The notes under the pieces are model-generated. The model saw only the letters and a list, made by a program, of their open reading frames with translations. It was not told the DNA's origin and ran no database searches. DNA of 64,000 nucleotides. Origin: Amoebidium appalachense. Its lineage: Eukaryota > Protista > Ichthyosporea. The DNA is taken from the NCBI GenBank assembly GCA_963693365.1, contig CAVNZM010000002.1:5782259-5846258 (forward strand). Direction: 5' to 3'. Position numbers and translations under genes: made by a program. Positions 31,207 through 58,342 of the stretch are shown in pieces; within the stretch, counting starts at the first letter, position 1, and every line of letters starts with the position of its first letter.

Positions 31207-33046
31207 CCCCCCGCACCCGCCCGCCCCCAGCCCACCCGCCTTCCCGCCATCCCCCCTTGCCGCGTCCAATCCAGCTCGACTTCTTTGAAACATCTTGGCT
31301 CTTTTTCCATAAATATGTAAAGCAAACAAACGGAATCGCAAAATATTATAATCATTATAGTTCTCGTTCTGAGCGATACCATATCATAACCAGCCAAGTG
31401 TTTAGGCATATGGCACTTGCAGCCCCCCCCTTTGCCGTTTTCATTTGCACTATAACACCCAACCACAACCTTCACCAATATCCACCTCTCACCACGACGC
31501 TTGAAAGAATTAAAAGTCTGTCTTCTAAGATAACCATACCAATACAAGCATAGGGCATATTCCTGGGTTTGCGGAGAAATTCAATTCAATCACAATGATC
31601 CGCCCCAAAATCACTAACATGCGCCACCCTCGATCCTCATCCACAGGCAGCGGCTGTGTCATCGATCGCCTATTCGGTCAAGTTCGCTATGGAGGCAGCG
31701 AATGTGTCAGGCGCCCATTCGAAGACGGTTGGCGTCCGGCCGGTCCCCTCGAGATTTCCGATAGCATCGTCCGATTGACCACGTTTACGACGTATTCCGA
31801 TCGGGTCAAGGGCTGGCACGGTGTTGTGCACAACTACATCGGGGCGTTTGGTGCCACCATGTCCGACGTGAGATACTCGGCCAACGACCCCCTCTTCATG
31901 CTGCACCATGCCTTTGTCGACAAGCTCTGGCATCTGTGGCAGGTATGGATATTAGCCAGCTTTTAGACCCCCCCCCCACACACACACACACACACACACA
32001 GACGGACACACACACAGACACAGAAGATGTCACACCATCGCCACCAGCGCTGTGGCCACCACAACACACAAAACAAACATGTGCACACTGAGATATTTAT
32101 AGCACAAGGTTATTGCACAGACCCCCCCCCCCCCCCCCCGGACCCCACCTCATTTATAGTTCGCTGTACTTTCTACCGACATGGCTGTTGATCAAGTATA
32201 TGGCTCGATCTCGATTTTTCTAATTGTGACGTTATGTGTTTTGACTTTAGGTGTCTCTACACGTTGCTGATGATGAACACTTTGCTTTTGCATGTGTCCT
32301 GCACTGCATTTCCCATCGTGTCCTTGGTACAGTGTTAAGCAGTCTGAACCCTTATGCCCCCCACAACCAGACGTGCCATAGTGCCCCGTACCAAACCAAC
32401 AATGCCCCCGTGGCCCACGGGTTTGATGACATCATGCCTGCCCTGCCCGGTGGTCAGACCCCCCGGCAGGTCAACAGCATCTCGGCCATGGGCTATTCCT
32501 ACGGCACCGGCAATGTCGACAGCAGCCAATGGAACCCCCCTGCCAAAATGCGCCGCACGCCGTCGCCGCCGCGCTGCTAGCAAAAACATAAATTCGTGGG
32601 ATGAGGATGCCGAGCTCGAGGGATCTCCCGTAAGGCCTGCTTTCCGTGCAATGGACACCGGGAACTTTAACATTGAAATAATTTCACATACCAACAATGG
32701 TAGGCGGCCAACAAAGACGCCCAAACCTGAATCATCCGCCACCCCCACCCCCACCCCCATCCCCACCCCAGGCACCACCCGCGAGAGCAGCGTTACTGAA
32801 ATTCCAACGGATATTCCCCTTCCGACACTTTCATACAGCGGCGGTGACCAAACTTCCTTCTGCAAAAAGGCAACAACGGAAATCCTCAAGGGGGTCCAAA
32901 AGGCATATGGGCAGGAGGACCCGACACAGACTTTGGAAATTGCAGCCAAGGCAGAGTGCAAGTACTGGGGCAGCTATCAGCCAGTCAGCAGCCCGTGGGC
33001 CAAGATGCTGGGCATAGTGGGCCAGAAGCTGCCGTGCCAAGAATAG
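29604..33046 (+). CDS. Secreted tyrosinase (type-3 copper) with Cys-rich repeats, a calcium-binding EGF-like domain and a Thr-rich mucin linker
   Basis: Exons 29604-29697, 30055-31149, 31647-31942 and 32371-33046; the last needs one C removed at 32535-32540, otherwise it stops at 32580. Signal peptide MALWGVLACAVLAQIAEA; EGF DVNEC...CKNTRGSFTCKCKKGYTGDG; RVRKEWR; CuA H...HQSNAFLAWHR; TIPFWDW; CuB WHGVVH...DPLFMLHHAFVDKLW. Confidence 0.92.
32262..32340 (+). mobile_element. Family 1, subtype A fragment in a tyrosinase intron
   Basis: tttgcttttgcatgtgtcctgcac...tcgtgt matches 20490-20530. Confidence 0.45.
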
Positions 33047-33600
33047 AGAAACGCGCTATTTTCGGATCTATGCCGTGTGTGTGTTGGTTGATTCAATTTG
33101 CTATATGATGGCAGGGTGTTGATTTCATTTATTTGTAAATACAGAAATACACTGCAATATCCTGGTGTTCTTTTTTGTGGGAGAAAACTGGGTGATGGTT
33201 CATAATTCTGATAAAATGGCATGATACCGAATGCACGTACATATTGGAGAATGTGATAATCGTGCACGAATGGGTGTTTTTTCTTAAGTAAAAAGTGTTA
33301 CCTAGGTTCGTAAACAACCAAGATTTGTAAAATGTGGCTTGGGAATGTCTGCGTCCAAAGCCATCCCGTGATGTATAAGTGATCAGTATAGACTGGCTCT
33401 GACTGAGTACTACTGTAGTGGTGGTGAATGTGAACATACCTTTTAAATCTTGATAGTGCACCTTGATCAGTAAGAGTTCGTCATGATGAGGTACTACCGG
33501 TTGTTTAGTGAAACAACCATTTAAATATAAAAAATATAAAAAATGAAAACGGTGAAAGCAAACATAATTCAATGCATTAATCTTTAAAAGCGTCGTTTGA

Positions 33601-33740
33601 CCCCCCCCCCCCCCCCCCCCTCCCACCCACCCACCCATTAAAATGAAAAAGTGGTTTGGCTACTGTCATGTTCATTGAAGTGGCAAACCACTTTTTCATT
33701 TTTATGGGTGGGTGGGTGGGAGGAGGGGGGGGGGGGGAGG
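33601..33740. repeat. Inverted repeat / hairpin (MITE-like)
   Basis: cccacccacccacccattaaaatgaaaaagtggtttg ... caaaccactttttcatttttatgggtgggtgggtggg, extended outward by a C-run and a G-run. Confidence 0.85.
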
Positions 33741-34719
33741 GGGAGGGGGGGGAGAAGGGGGGAGGGGATCCCAAATATAGGGACGGTGTGGGGGATAGCA
33801 AGAGTTGAGTTTCTGTGAAGGGAATGCATTGCCATTGGGAAGGGCGGGGGGGGGGGGGGGGGGGTTGAAGATTGTGTACACGGGTGGAAGTAGAACGATG
33901 CAAACTTTGAATTCAGAACAGCACGTTCGAAAGTCAAGCTTATGCATATGGCTTACACAACGAATGTGCAACGTACGCGCGGCGCACACATGTGTACAGT
34001 GTCACGCGTGAGTAGTGTTCTTAAGAATGTTTTGTTTCCTATATACTCTCTCCTAAATTTGGGCGGAGGAGGGGGGCCGGGGCCGGGGCGGGGGGGGGGG
34101 GGGGGGGGGGGGGGGGAGGAGGGGAGGGGGGGGGGAGGGGGGGGGGGGGGGGGGGAGGAGGAGGAGGGGACATATTTATGCGGTGGTTGGGAGGGACAAT
34201 TATACATTAAGGCGCAACACCGACAAGAAACAGGGCACATAAAATAGTTTTCCGAGAAATGTGCTGACCAGCATATGCACTGGATGCAAAGCCATTTCTG
34301 TGGAGACCGGTCCACGTCTTTACAAAAAAATAGGTATCACGTTAAATTTTATTCCTCCGCTTTCATTGGATACAGTAGTCGTTATGCAAGGGGTTCACTG
34401 TCTGGGCTTGTTTGCCGCAGTGTTTAGTATAGCGCGCACACACACCCCACACACAGTGTACGTAGAATGCCACTGTGTTTGTTGCTAGTGTGGTAATGCC
34501 GGTGCCCTCCTTGATCGTGGGGGATTTGAGTGTGCAATGGTCGCCTTGTGCACACATTCCGATTGAGTCTCGCAAAATCGGTATTGAAGGTTTGTGTGAT
34601 GCATTCATAGCTCAAGGTTTGAAGTCTGGTATTGGTTGCTTATTAGCAGTACTAACGTCCTTCGTCTGAAATTGTTTCTCAGGAATTGCTGGTCCAGCTC
34701 GGAGTGGGTATTCTGAGAC

Positions 34720-34806
<87 letters not shown>

Positions 34807-35104
34807 GTCGAGGGATCGTTGAGGATTACCTACGAACGTCGGGTGACGACATTTCTCCAAGATTCCTTTATTTGGCATGTGCTCCATTCCTGATAAAGCA
34901 GACCACGCCATATTCCTACTTCTTTTATTGTTTTATTAAAACCTTTTTTTTGGCGCGCGAAAACTTCCCGCCCAATATTCCTGCTTTTTTAATCGTTCCA
35001 TAAATAATATAGGCAAAAGCCAAATATTGAATCTGGCGTCCATGACATAGAAACGACACAATATCGACGTCACTCCTCTGGCATTTAACCTTAATATTTA
35101 AAGG

Positions 35105-35217
<113 letters not shown>

Positions 35218-35823
35218 GTGCGTGCGTGAGTGTGTGTGTGTGTGCGTGTGTGTGTGTGTGTTTAAGTTTTGGTAGCGCCTACGTGCTTGTGTGTGGTGTT
35301 GTGTGTGTGTGCGTGTCCGTGTATGCGCGCGCGTTTTCTATATTAAGCCCAACCAACATTACATTCAATTATCGTGTAGGCATATCTAAAACTACTGTAC
35401 AACAAAATGCCACTTACTTCCCCCCCCCCCCCCCCCCCCCCCAAAAAAAAACACACACACACGCAAAAAAGGGGGGAGGCCTCTAGTGTTGGAGGTTATA
35501 CTACTGCAAAAAGCGAGAAAGAGAGAATGAAGAAAAAGAGAAAAGAGAAAAAAGAAGAGATTACGCCCGCCCACCCACCCAACAACAGGCCCACACTTAC
35601 ACACACCCACACCCATACACAAGGGCACCCAAAGCCCCACCTCCCCACACACATCCGCATGGACACTTGCATGAACACAACCACCCACACCCAAACAGAG
35701 CCCACACAAACAGCCCCCCCCCCACCTTCCCCAAAAAAACAAAAAAACAAAAAAACAAAAAAACAAAAAAACAAAAAAACAAACAAACAAAAAAAAAAGA
35801 CAAATCACCGGCCCGTATTACAA

Positions 35824-49080
<13,257 letters not shown>

Positions 49081-50409
49081 CCTTCCACAAAGAATATCGG
49101 CCTGGGAGGATGATGTGTTGCTACAAAAACCTGAACGGATGTGGGATATGGGGTGTGTACGAGGAAAATATTGTGTTATGGAAAACCCCTGAAAGAAAAA
49201 GAAGGGTGCCTCTCCGTGAGCGTCTGTATTTATTTTTGTTCTCTTCTGTGCATTTGCTCTGAACAGAGCTCCTATCCTTCACAGGGTGCCTGCAGGTGTT
49301 TGGTCGTAAATTTTGACGTTTCGCCCGGATCTCAAACTCGTCGCCCTCCAATTGGCGCTTACAACATTCTTGTCAGAAGATCCTCGTGAGACTGTACATA
49401 TTGGACCAGGTGATGTAGAATAATCACTGTACGGTGAATCTCTCTCGAGCCAAAAGCGACGGCCACAAGGTAGCACGCGGACGCAGTCTAGTCTCTTCCG
49501 AGAGAGAACGCTTTGTCCGCATCGCACGCTTCGTGGCGTGCACGGTGAGGTCTGGGGCACAAAGTCCCAGAAAATGTAGAAAAAGAATTATAATTTCCCC
49601 CCATCAAATTCTAAGTATTCCAACGCGATCAAAGGCAACTGATGTGCCAAGGATTATTTTTCCAGAACCCTGTGATCTGACATGCCGGGTGTTGGAGGAG
49701 CCCTTACTATGTGACACGTGTTTCCGCTAAAAATAGCTGTGGTAATTATGCGAACAAAAAATCACAAAACAGAATTCACTCAAACAGCTGTTCTCTATGT
49801 GCAATGGAAGCCACGTAGCAATAGACCCAAGAGATCCGATGTCGAACTCGAAATTCAAGGTGATCAACTCCAGCCAACAGGAATGCTACTTCCCCGTGTT
49901 ACTGAATGAGGGTCTAGAGCAACAGAAAGAAGAATTTTTAAAAAAACATTTACAGGTGAACGTGAAACAGAGTTGTGCACTGTGGTATATTAAGATAACC
50001 TTTTCTATCATGTAAAGACTTGACTTATTTTCACTTCCCTTTTTGTGTGCAACTAAGTTGTGCAACTCGAGGCAACTGTCGCTTCGTTTCACCCTGAGTC
50101 TACTTGTCTGCCAACGTCGCGTTATCAGTTGTGATCTATTGGTTTATGTTTTCTCCGTAGAATTATTTGATTGGCTTAAATCGCATTGTTTTCTCCATTT
50201 CATTTGCTTAGAGAGCATCACAACCCCACCAATCAGAGGAGGCCGTGGTTAGGTGAGTTGCATTCCTGTTTTTTCCTAACGTTGAGCACGTGTATGCTAA
50301 TGCGTGCACACACAAAACTGTGGTCAACAGTCAGTTATCAGTGCACACGTGTAGCTAGTGGTGTTTTATTTTTTTAATTTTTTTTATTTTGCAAAGCATC
50401 AAAACAATA
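49081..50409. promoter_or_regulatory. Probable bidirectional promoter and 5'UTRs between VAC8 and UTP25
   Basis: 1.3 kb microsatellite-free interval between head-to-head start codons. Confidence 0.45.
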
Positions 50410-51405
50410 ATGGGACGCGGAGGTGGTAGAGGGGGTAGAGGCGGTGGGAGGGGTGGGAGAGGGGGTAGGGGTAGGAGCGGGGGTGGTGGCGGGGGGAGGG
50501 GGCACAAGAGAAGTGCGCCGGGGGGCAGGTCAGGACAGTCACAGCCAATCAAGTTAACAAGGAAGGAGAGGGAGCACCTGAGCGACTTTGGGGAGCAACA
50601 CCCTGTGAAGGATTTCAATTTCGATGATGTTGTGGAGGCAAGTGAAGACGAAGACGAGAGAATAGTGAATAGAAGTGGGGAGGAGAGTGGTTCGCAAGGG
50701 GAGGAGGAGGAGGAGGAGGAGGAGGAGGAGAGTGCGTATAACAAGCTGCTTGGTTCACTGCACATAACGGGGAAGGCTGCTGAGTTGCTCAAAAAAAGAA
50801 AGAGGGAACAAGAGGGGAGGGAGGAGGACGACGTGGATAGTGAGGCTGGAGAGGGAGAGGGGGCAGAGGAAGAGGCAGAGGTGATTGTTGGCGAGAACGG
50901 GGAGTTGTTAGATGATAGTGACGATGAGGGGCAAGATTCTAATGAGGAAGAAGGAGAAGGGCAGAACGAGAGTGAAAATGAGGAAGCCGGGGAGGAGGAT
51001 CAGGAGGATGAGGTAGAGGAGGACGAGGAGGCAAGCCGGCCCAAGTTGATGAGCAAGGTATGTTGCCCGTCGGCATACGCGCTATTGTGCTCTGCAGCTA
51101 ATTATTCTGTTTCTATACTTATGCTCTGTATAACCACCGGAAGACTAGCCCTTATCGTTTTATCTCTCTAAGATTTGTATGTGTATGTGTGTGTGTTGGG
51201 GGGGGGGGGGGAGGGGGGAAGGGGCTGAATTTGGGGCTAAATAACCTGGCTTATCTGGAAGGGGCTGAATTTGGGGCTGAATAACCTGGCTTATCTGCCC
51301 CCCCCCCCCCCCCCCCCTCCCCCCGTCGCCCCCCCCCCCCAAAAAAGAAAAAAAATACTCCCTTACCTGTTCCCCTTGGCACCAACAAACTCGGCCTGTG
51401 TGTAT

Positions 51406-51436
<31 letters not shown>

Positions 51437-54019
51437 GGGAGGGGGGGGGGGGGGGGGGGGGAGGTTCCCCCCTCCCACCGGCTGATTTTTTTTTTTTTCT
51501 TTTTTTTTTTGGGGGGGGGGGGGTTGGAGGGGAGGGGGGGGGGGGGAGGGGGGGGGGGGGCTTCCCCCTTCCCACCGGCCGACACCAAAGGGAATGGCGG
51601 AAGGTGTTTTTTTTGGGGGGGGGGGGGTTTGGGTGGGGGTGGGGGGTGGGGGGAGGCGGGGAGGCGGGAGGGGGGAGGGGGGCATTTATCTCTGTTCTTT
51701 ATTTGTGTGCCCTTTGTGCAAAATTTGTGATGTGTGGTCCGTCGTGTGTCCACATTGTATTCTTTTGTTCCTTTTTTAAACCTTTCACCCACTACCCACT
51801 CCTCTGCTCCCCTGCCTCCCTGATGTAGCTTCTCCCTTCCTCCATACGGGTCGACCTACTTTCTTATTCCGGAGTTTCCCGTCCTCCGCTCCCAACCACC
51901 TTCACCCCCTTCACCCCCCCCCCCCCCCCCCCCCCCCCCCTCTCCCGGGGGGCCCGGGGGGCCCCCCTCCCTCCCTTTCCTCTCTCCCTCTCTCCCTCCC
52001 TCCATCTCCCTCTTCTCTCCTTTCAACCAAAATCTCTCTGCTTTCCCTTGTGTGAGCCTTGGAATCTGGGGCTTTGAAGTAGCACTCTCCCTCTGGCTTG
52101 GGTTGCTCTGTTTGTGAATGCTTGTTCATGTTTGATGCATTTTTTTTTGGATTATATTTGCCTGCTTCATCTCCGGTTACCAACTGAAGGCTGTCTGTTT
52201 CTTGTTTGGGGAGGTTTGAAGGATTTGTCTAACGGGGTGTGGGGTCGATTAAAATGTGTGTGCGCGTGTGTGTTGCGTGCGGGAGCGACAACATGTATGA
52301 AAGTTTCTGATGCTCGACATCATGTCATGTGCAAGGCCTGAGGGTTCACGTTGTATGGTGCTAACATCTGAATCTATGCCCAGGGTAAAGAGAACGTGCA
52401 AGCACAGAACCAGGAAAAGACAAAGAGGAAGAAGGGGAAGGCATCTGAATCGTCAGAGGTTGAGGAGGAGGAGGCAGGGGCAGACAGTGACGATGAGACT
52501 GACAAGCGGGGAGGTGTGTGTGTGAGTCTGTGTGTGTGTGTGTGTGTTGGGGGGGGGGGGGGGAGGGGGGGGGGGGCGAGCGGGAGGGGTGGGGGGAGAG
52601 AGAGGGTGGGTTGTTTTAAGATTACTCGCAGGGGGAAGCGGATATGTCGACATTGTTTTTGTGGGATTTGTACCCCCACGCAGGGAAGAAAGCGCGGCGG
52701 GGGGGGGGGGGGGGGGGGGGGGAGAGGAAGGGAGGGAGGGGGGGGGGGGGGAGGAGGGGCAAAGCTGGCGATCTGTGTGCATGCTTGTGTATTAGAGCAT
52801 GATGGCAGGTGTTACCCTATCAAAATTAGCCAAATATTTACGTGCCCTTTTTGGCAGGTGGCTAACCATAGGAGGTTAGTTTTGTCACCGGAAAACGTTT
52901 TTGGCTGCAGCGCTGCCGCAGGACTACTATTTCTACAAAACAAAATAGTAAAAATATAAGCTTTCAGGAAACATATGTTTTACGACCGAAAAAGCGCTTC
53001 GTAGGGATGATAACATCGCTACAAACTCAGCCAGTACGAAAAACCATTTTGCTGTGTGTTAGGGGTTTTGCCCCCTCTGTGTGGAAGGTTGTGTGTGCGT
53101 GATGTTTTCCTCCGAGCTATTTCAGATACTGGCCCCATGTCGGTCTCTTGTGGCTATGTATCCAAAATGTGATGTGCGTTCCCGTTGGCAAGTTTTGTTT
53201 TTTTGCAGTGTTTGGGAGCTATGAAGAACTTGCGCGGAAGTCTAATGAAAGCTTCTGATTGACAAGTAAGGAACATGCTATTTTTCGAGTTGAGTTTAGT
53301 GAGGGGCTGGGGGGGGGGGGGGGGGGGAGAAGTTTCTATTTCTTTTCGTAACTACTCAGTTGTTTCCGCAGGTGGGGACATTTTCAACACTCACTTCTTT
53401 ACAACGCCAAGTAAAAAGGCAAGAACCCTTCTCCCCGCCCCCCTAAAGCTTCCCCCAAAGCAATGGGTGATACCATATTTCCGGCTGACATCCGGGGGCA
53501 TAGCTTTCCGTTCGAAGACGATAAAGTTCCGCCCTAGTAAGCGTGTTACTACCCTGCGGCGTGGGTCAAATCTCATATTTTCCCCTCTGATTACGAATTC
53601 TGTGGCCTTCGGGACTTAATTCTTTTCAGCTGGTGTAGTATGTTAGCCAGGGAAGTATCGACTTAGGTATCGACGGGGGAGCTTCCTAGAAGCCCCGTCT
53701 CCTGAGTTCCTATCTATATTTTTCTTGCTTCTGCTTACTGCTGCAACTTTAACCCCCGGCCTTTCCCACTGCCCTTGCCTGCATAAGCAACCCTGCTCGT
53801 CTCTGATCAAGACGGGTGACCTACTCATGTTCAAGTGAAACAGTATCTGAGTTGGGTTTCGTTAACGAGGGGAATAGGTCGAAACTCGGGTACTGTGGAT
53901 GACGTGGGCCCCCCTGAGGATGGGCTCTGCTTATTATGCATACTCTTTATGTATGGCTTGCATTCTGCATCGTGTTATCCGTTTGTTCTTGTGTACTTCG
54001 TACTTTTTGACGCATTCAA

Positions 54020-54053
<34 letters not shown>

Positions 54054-55709
54054 TTTTTTGTTGTTTTTACTTTCGGGGTTTTTTTTTTGCTTTTGTGACA
54101 TTTTGTGGTTTGTCTTTTGGCCTTTTGGTAAGAATCCTGCATTTCGATCAATCTGACACTACATGACGCAAAATCTCACCCCCCCCCCCCCCCCCCCCCT
54201 CCCCTCCTCTTTCATCCTATTTTGGTAGTCTGGGATTTCTATTCTACATTTTGTTTCTGTTCATGTTTTGTGAAACTGCACGGCCATAGGCTTTCTTGTT
54301 CTGCCGGTTTCAAGAAACGCGTAATGAACCTATCACACACTCTGCTGCAGATCACAGTCTTTCAAAGCTCTAGCACGTGATAACGTCATTTCTCCATTGG
54401 CTGCAGATCGACGTTGATCAAAAGGACCAATGGCAGCCCTCAGGCAGCAACGCACTGGGCCAGCACGTGGCACTCAGCCACGTGGCTGCGGATGACGGGC
54501 CTATGACGTCACTGCAGGATTTGAAGGTGTGTAGTGAATAGAAGAGAGCTGTTAGTATTAGGCAGCCAGTAGTGAAGGCAGCATATTGCGGCACTTGTGG
54601 CTGTTTTGCAGTTTTTGGATGGTTGGCAGGGGGGGATAGGGGAGATGATGGATAGGGTGGCAAGTCAAGGTTAATGATGCGCCGGTGTCGGATATGGAGT
54701 AAGGAGAAGGAGTCTCTCCTGAGGTGTTCACGGGGTCAGGTGCGGCGTGTATGTGCTTGAGTTTAAAAGTGATGTGGTGGTGGTGGTGGTGGGGGAGGGG
54801 GGGGGGGGGGGGGGGGGGGGCGGGAGAGAGGAGGGGGCGGGGGGGGGGGGGGGGGGGGGGGGGGATGGGGGGAGGGGGGAGGGAGGAAAGGGATGCAGCC
54901 TCATTGATCTATGCTCGTCCGCATGCCTGCAGGAGCATGTGTACGAGCCCGAGCATGCACTAAGGGGCGCACATCCACCAAATACACACACACACATCGA
55001 AATACAAGCGCACACACACATACATGCACATAAATACATGTACACACCCAAATACACACGTGCACACACATCCACACACCACAACAACACGCACGCGCAC
55101 CCACACACCCTCACACGCCCGCAGAACACATACGCAGCACACACCCACACACACACACACATGCTTACCCGAACACCATCCCCATTGCAGATAAAGGGGA
55201 GGCTGCAGACCCAATGGAAAGCACTCACACACCAGGAGGAGGGCAAGGAGGAATTTACCCCCCTCCAGGTGGAACTGCTGAGCCACATTGCACGCTACCA
55301 TGACGTGCTCTATCCACTGCGCACCCATGCCACGTCTGAGGAGATCATGCAGGCGTACTGTTTGCATGCACTCAACCACGTGTACAAGTGGGTGGCCCTG
55401 TGTGCACGTGCAACATTTCTAGCTTTATCTCTCTCTCTCTCTCTCTTTCTCCCCCCCCCCCCCCCCCCTCCTTCGATCTCCGTCTGCACCTCTCCCTCTC
55501 TCTCTTCTCCCCCCCCCTCTCTCCACTTCTCTCTAGCTTATACTCTCTTTCTTCTACTCCCTCGCCCCTATTTCCCTCGCTCTCCCTCTCCCGCACTCCC
55601 TCGCTTTCTCTCTCCCCTACTCTTGCAAACGAACACACACACACTATAACACCTGCAAAGGCACACACAGCACACGCATGCGCACGCGCACACACACACG
55701 CACACACAC

Positions 55710-55746
<37 letters not shown>

Positions 55747-56126
55747 CGCATGCGCACGCGCACGCGCACGCACGCGCACACACACACACACACTTCAGCA
55801 TGCAAGCACACACACACACACACATTCACACATGCTAAGGTACACACACATGCAAAGATGCACGTTCTGTTGCTTCCCCCCCCCCCCTCCCCCCGCGGGG
55901 CCAAAGGCGTGGTTGTTGTACCACACACGAGAATCGAACCCTATCGTTTTGTGGAGGCATAGGACCCCCCCTGTCATGTGCCCTGTTTTATTGTCCTGTT
56001 TGTCTTTTCTCTTTGCTTTCTCTCCTCCATTTTTTTTTACGGTTTTATTTCGGGTTGTTGATCTTTGTGACTTTTCGTGTTTTTTTGGTTTCTGTCTCCT
56101 CCTCTGCATTTCCGGCCCTTCCATTC

Positions 56127-56171
<45 letters not shown>

Positions 56172-56460
56172 ACTTCCCCGGACCGCCTTTGGCCTTTCCT
56201 CGCCACATCGTGAAAGAATCTGTGTGCGTGTACCTACCTTCAGCATGGTTATAACCGCATGCATGAGTAGATAGACACAGGATTCCTACTCCTGTATGGC
56301 TCGGTTGGGTCTATTAAAAGGCCACACATGCGGGTTAAGGCTACAGGGTTAAGCCATTGCGCGCGAGCGCGCGCACACACACACACACACACGGACACAG
56401 GGACACATACAAGAAGGGCCAGCTTATAGAGTTATTTTCCTTGGGCGGGGGTGGGAAAAT

Positions 56461-56492
<32 letters not shown>

Positions 56493-57857
56493 GGGGGGGA
56501 GGAGAGGGGGGGGGGGGGAGGGGGAGGAGAGGGGGGGGCTGTTGCATGGATTCCCAGGGCACATATTCTCAAACATTCTCTCAGTACAAGTGAGCAGCCT
56601 TATGTCTGTGATATTCTCTGACAGCAACCTTCACAGGACACGTACCCGAGTATTGAAAAACAGCGAAAGAATACGACAGGCACATGCAGAAGGAAAAGAC
56701 ATTGGGTAAATGCCCCCCCCCCCCCCCCCCCCCTCCCCTCCCCCCCCTCTCTCTCTCTCAAAAAAAAAAAAGGGGGGGGGGGGGGGGGTAGGGGATGGGA
56801 CAAGAAAAGACAAGAAAGAAAACGACGGGAAGCCACCCCCCCCCCCCACCCCCCCGAGGGGTGGATTGAGAGGGGGTTAAGGGCAAGCTGCCCCCACCCG
56901 GGGGGGGGGGGGGGGGGGGGGGGGGGAGACTATTACAATTGTGAGGACGATGTCCGGAAGACGACGCGATAACAACATCTGTAACAAAAATAATAACAAT
57001 AATATTAAAAATAATAACAATAATAATAGTGATAACAACAACAACAATAACAATAACAACAATACTAACACTTGTATTCATAATGTAATAATAGTAAGTT
57101 ATATCGACAAACACAATAAGAACAACATCAGCAATAATACTAATGATAACAGTAATGGTGGTTCGTTATAAATAAAATACAAAGAGGTAAACTAAACATA
57201 CGTGGCCGCCCTCTGAAACGGTTGGTAAGTTGACAGAGCCCGTAGTGTAGGAGCCATAGGGGCTAATATCGCAAAGCAGTATTTATGAACCCCCCAAACA
57301 TTTTCACGCTTGGTTTTTTTTCATTTCTGAGGATCGACAGTGACATGATTTTCCCCCAATCAGGGAGGTGCAAGACCAGGGGTTCACCCGGCCCAAGGTT
57401 CTGATGCTTCTCCCATTCCGAAACACCGGCCAAAAGGCAATCAACACCATACTGGCCCTGGCTGGCGGTGGATCGGTAGGTGACCAATCAATCACTGCCC
57501 CCATACCACCATCTATCAACCAGCCATTTAACCCAATCCCCTCCCCCCCCCCCACCCCAACACACACACACACACACAAACCACCACCGCATTCCTCCCT
57601 CTCTCAACCAGCTTTCCCTTGCAATGGGAGACAAACTCCCTTATTCACGGTAGTGATTTTGTGGTTGATCTTCTTGACGTGTGTTTTGTGATCGTGGGTG
57701 TGAGTAAAGGTATTTTTATGTTTGAGTGGGTGGGTAGGTGGGCGGGTGAGTGGCGGGGGGGGGGGGGGGGGGGTAGGTACAAATTTTGCCTCTGTGGAAG
57801 GGTGTGTGATATGTTCTTCGTCTTCTTCCTCTTTTTTTCGGTTGTGTGTGTGGTGGT

Positions 57858-57921
<64 letters not shown>

Positions 57922-57933
57922 GGTGTGTGTGTG

Positions 57934-57982
<49 letters not shown>

Positions 57983-58107
57983 GGGTGACCAGAGTGGCTG
58001 TGAAATAGGATATTTTGTGTATGAGGTTGAGTGAGGGTTGTACACATGTTTTTGTCGGTCTAGTTTTTTTCTTTTTCTTTTCTTCTCCGTTTGTGTGTGT
58101 TTTTGGT

Positions 58108-58178
<71 letters not shown>

Positions 58179-58297
58179 GGCCTGAGAGCCTATTGAATCG
58201 AATATTATGTGTATGAGGGGGAGTGGGGGGTGTACACATTTTTGTCTGTCGAGTGTTGTTTGTTTCTTCCCTTTTCTTTCCTTTTTTGTGGTGTGTT

Positions 58298-58342
<45 letters not shown>

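Noticed and set aside
33129-35003. ORFs between the tyrosinase and VAC8
   Set aside because: No recognisable domains and no consistent exon chain.
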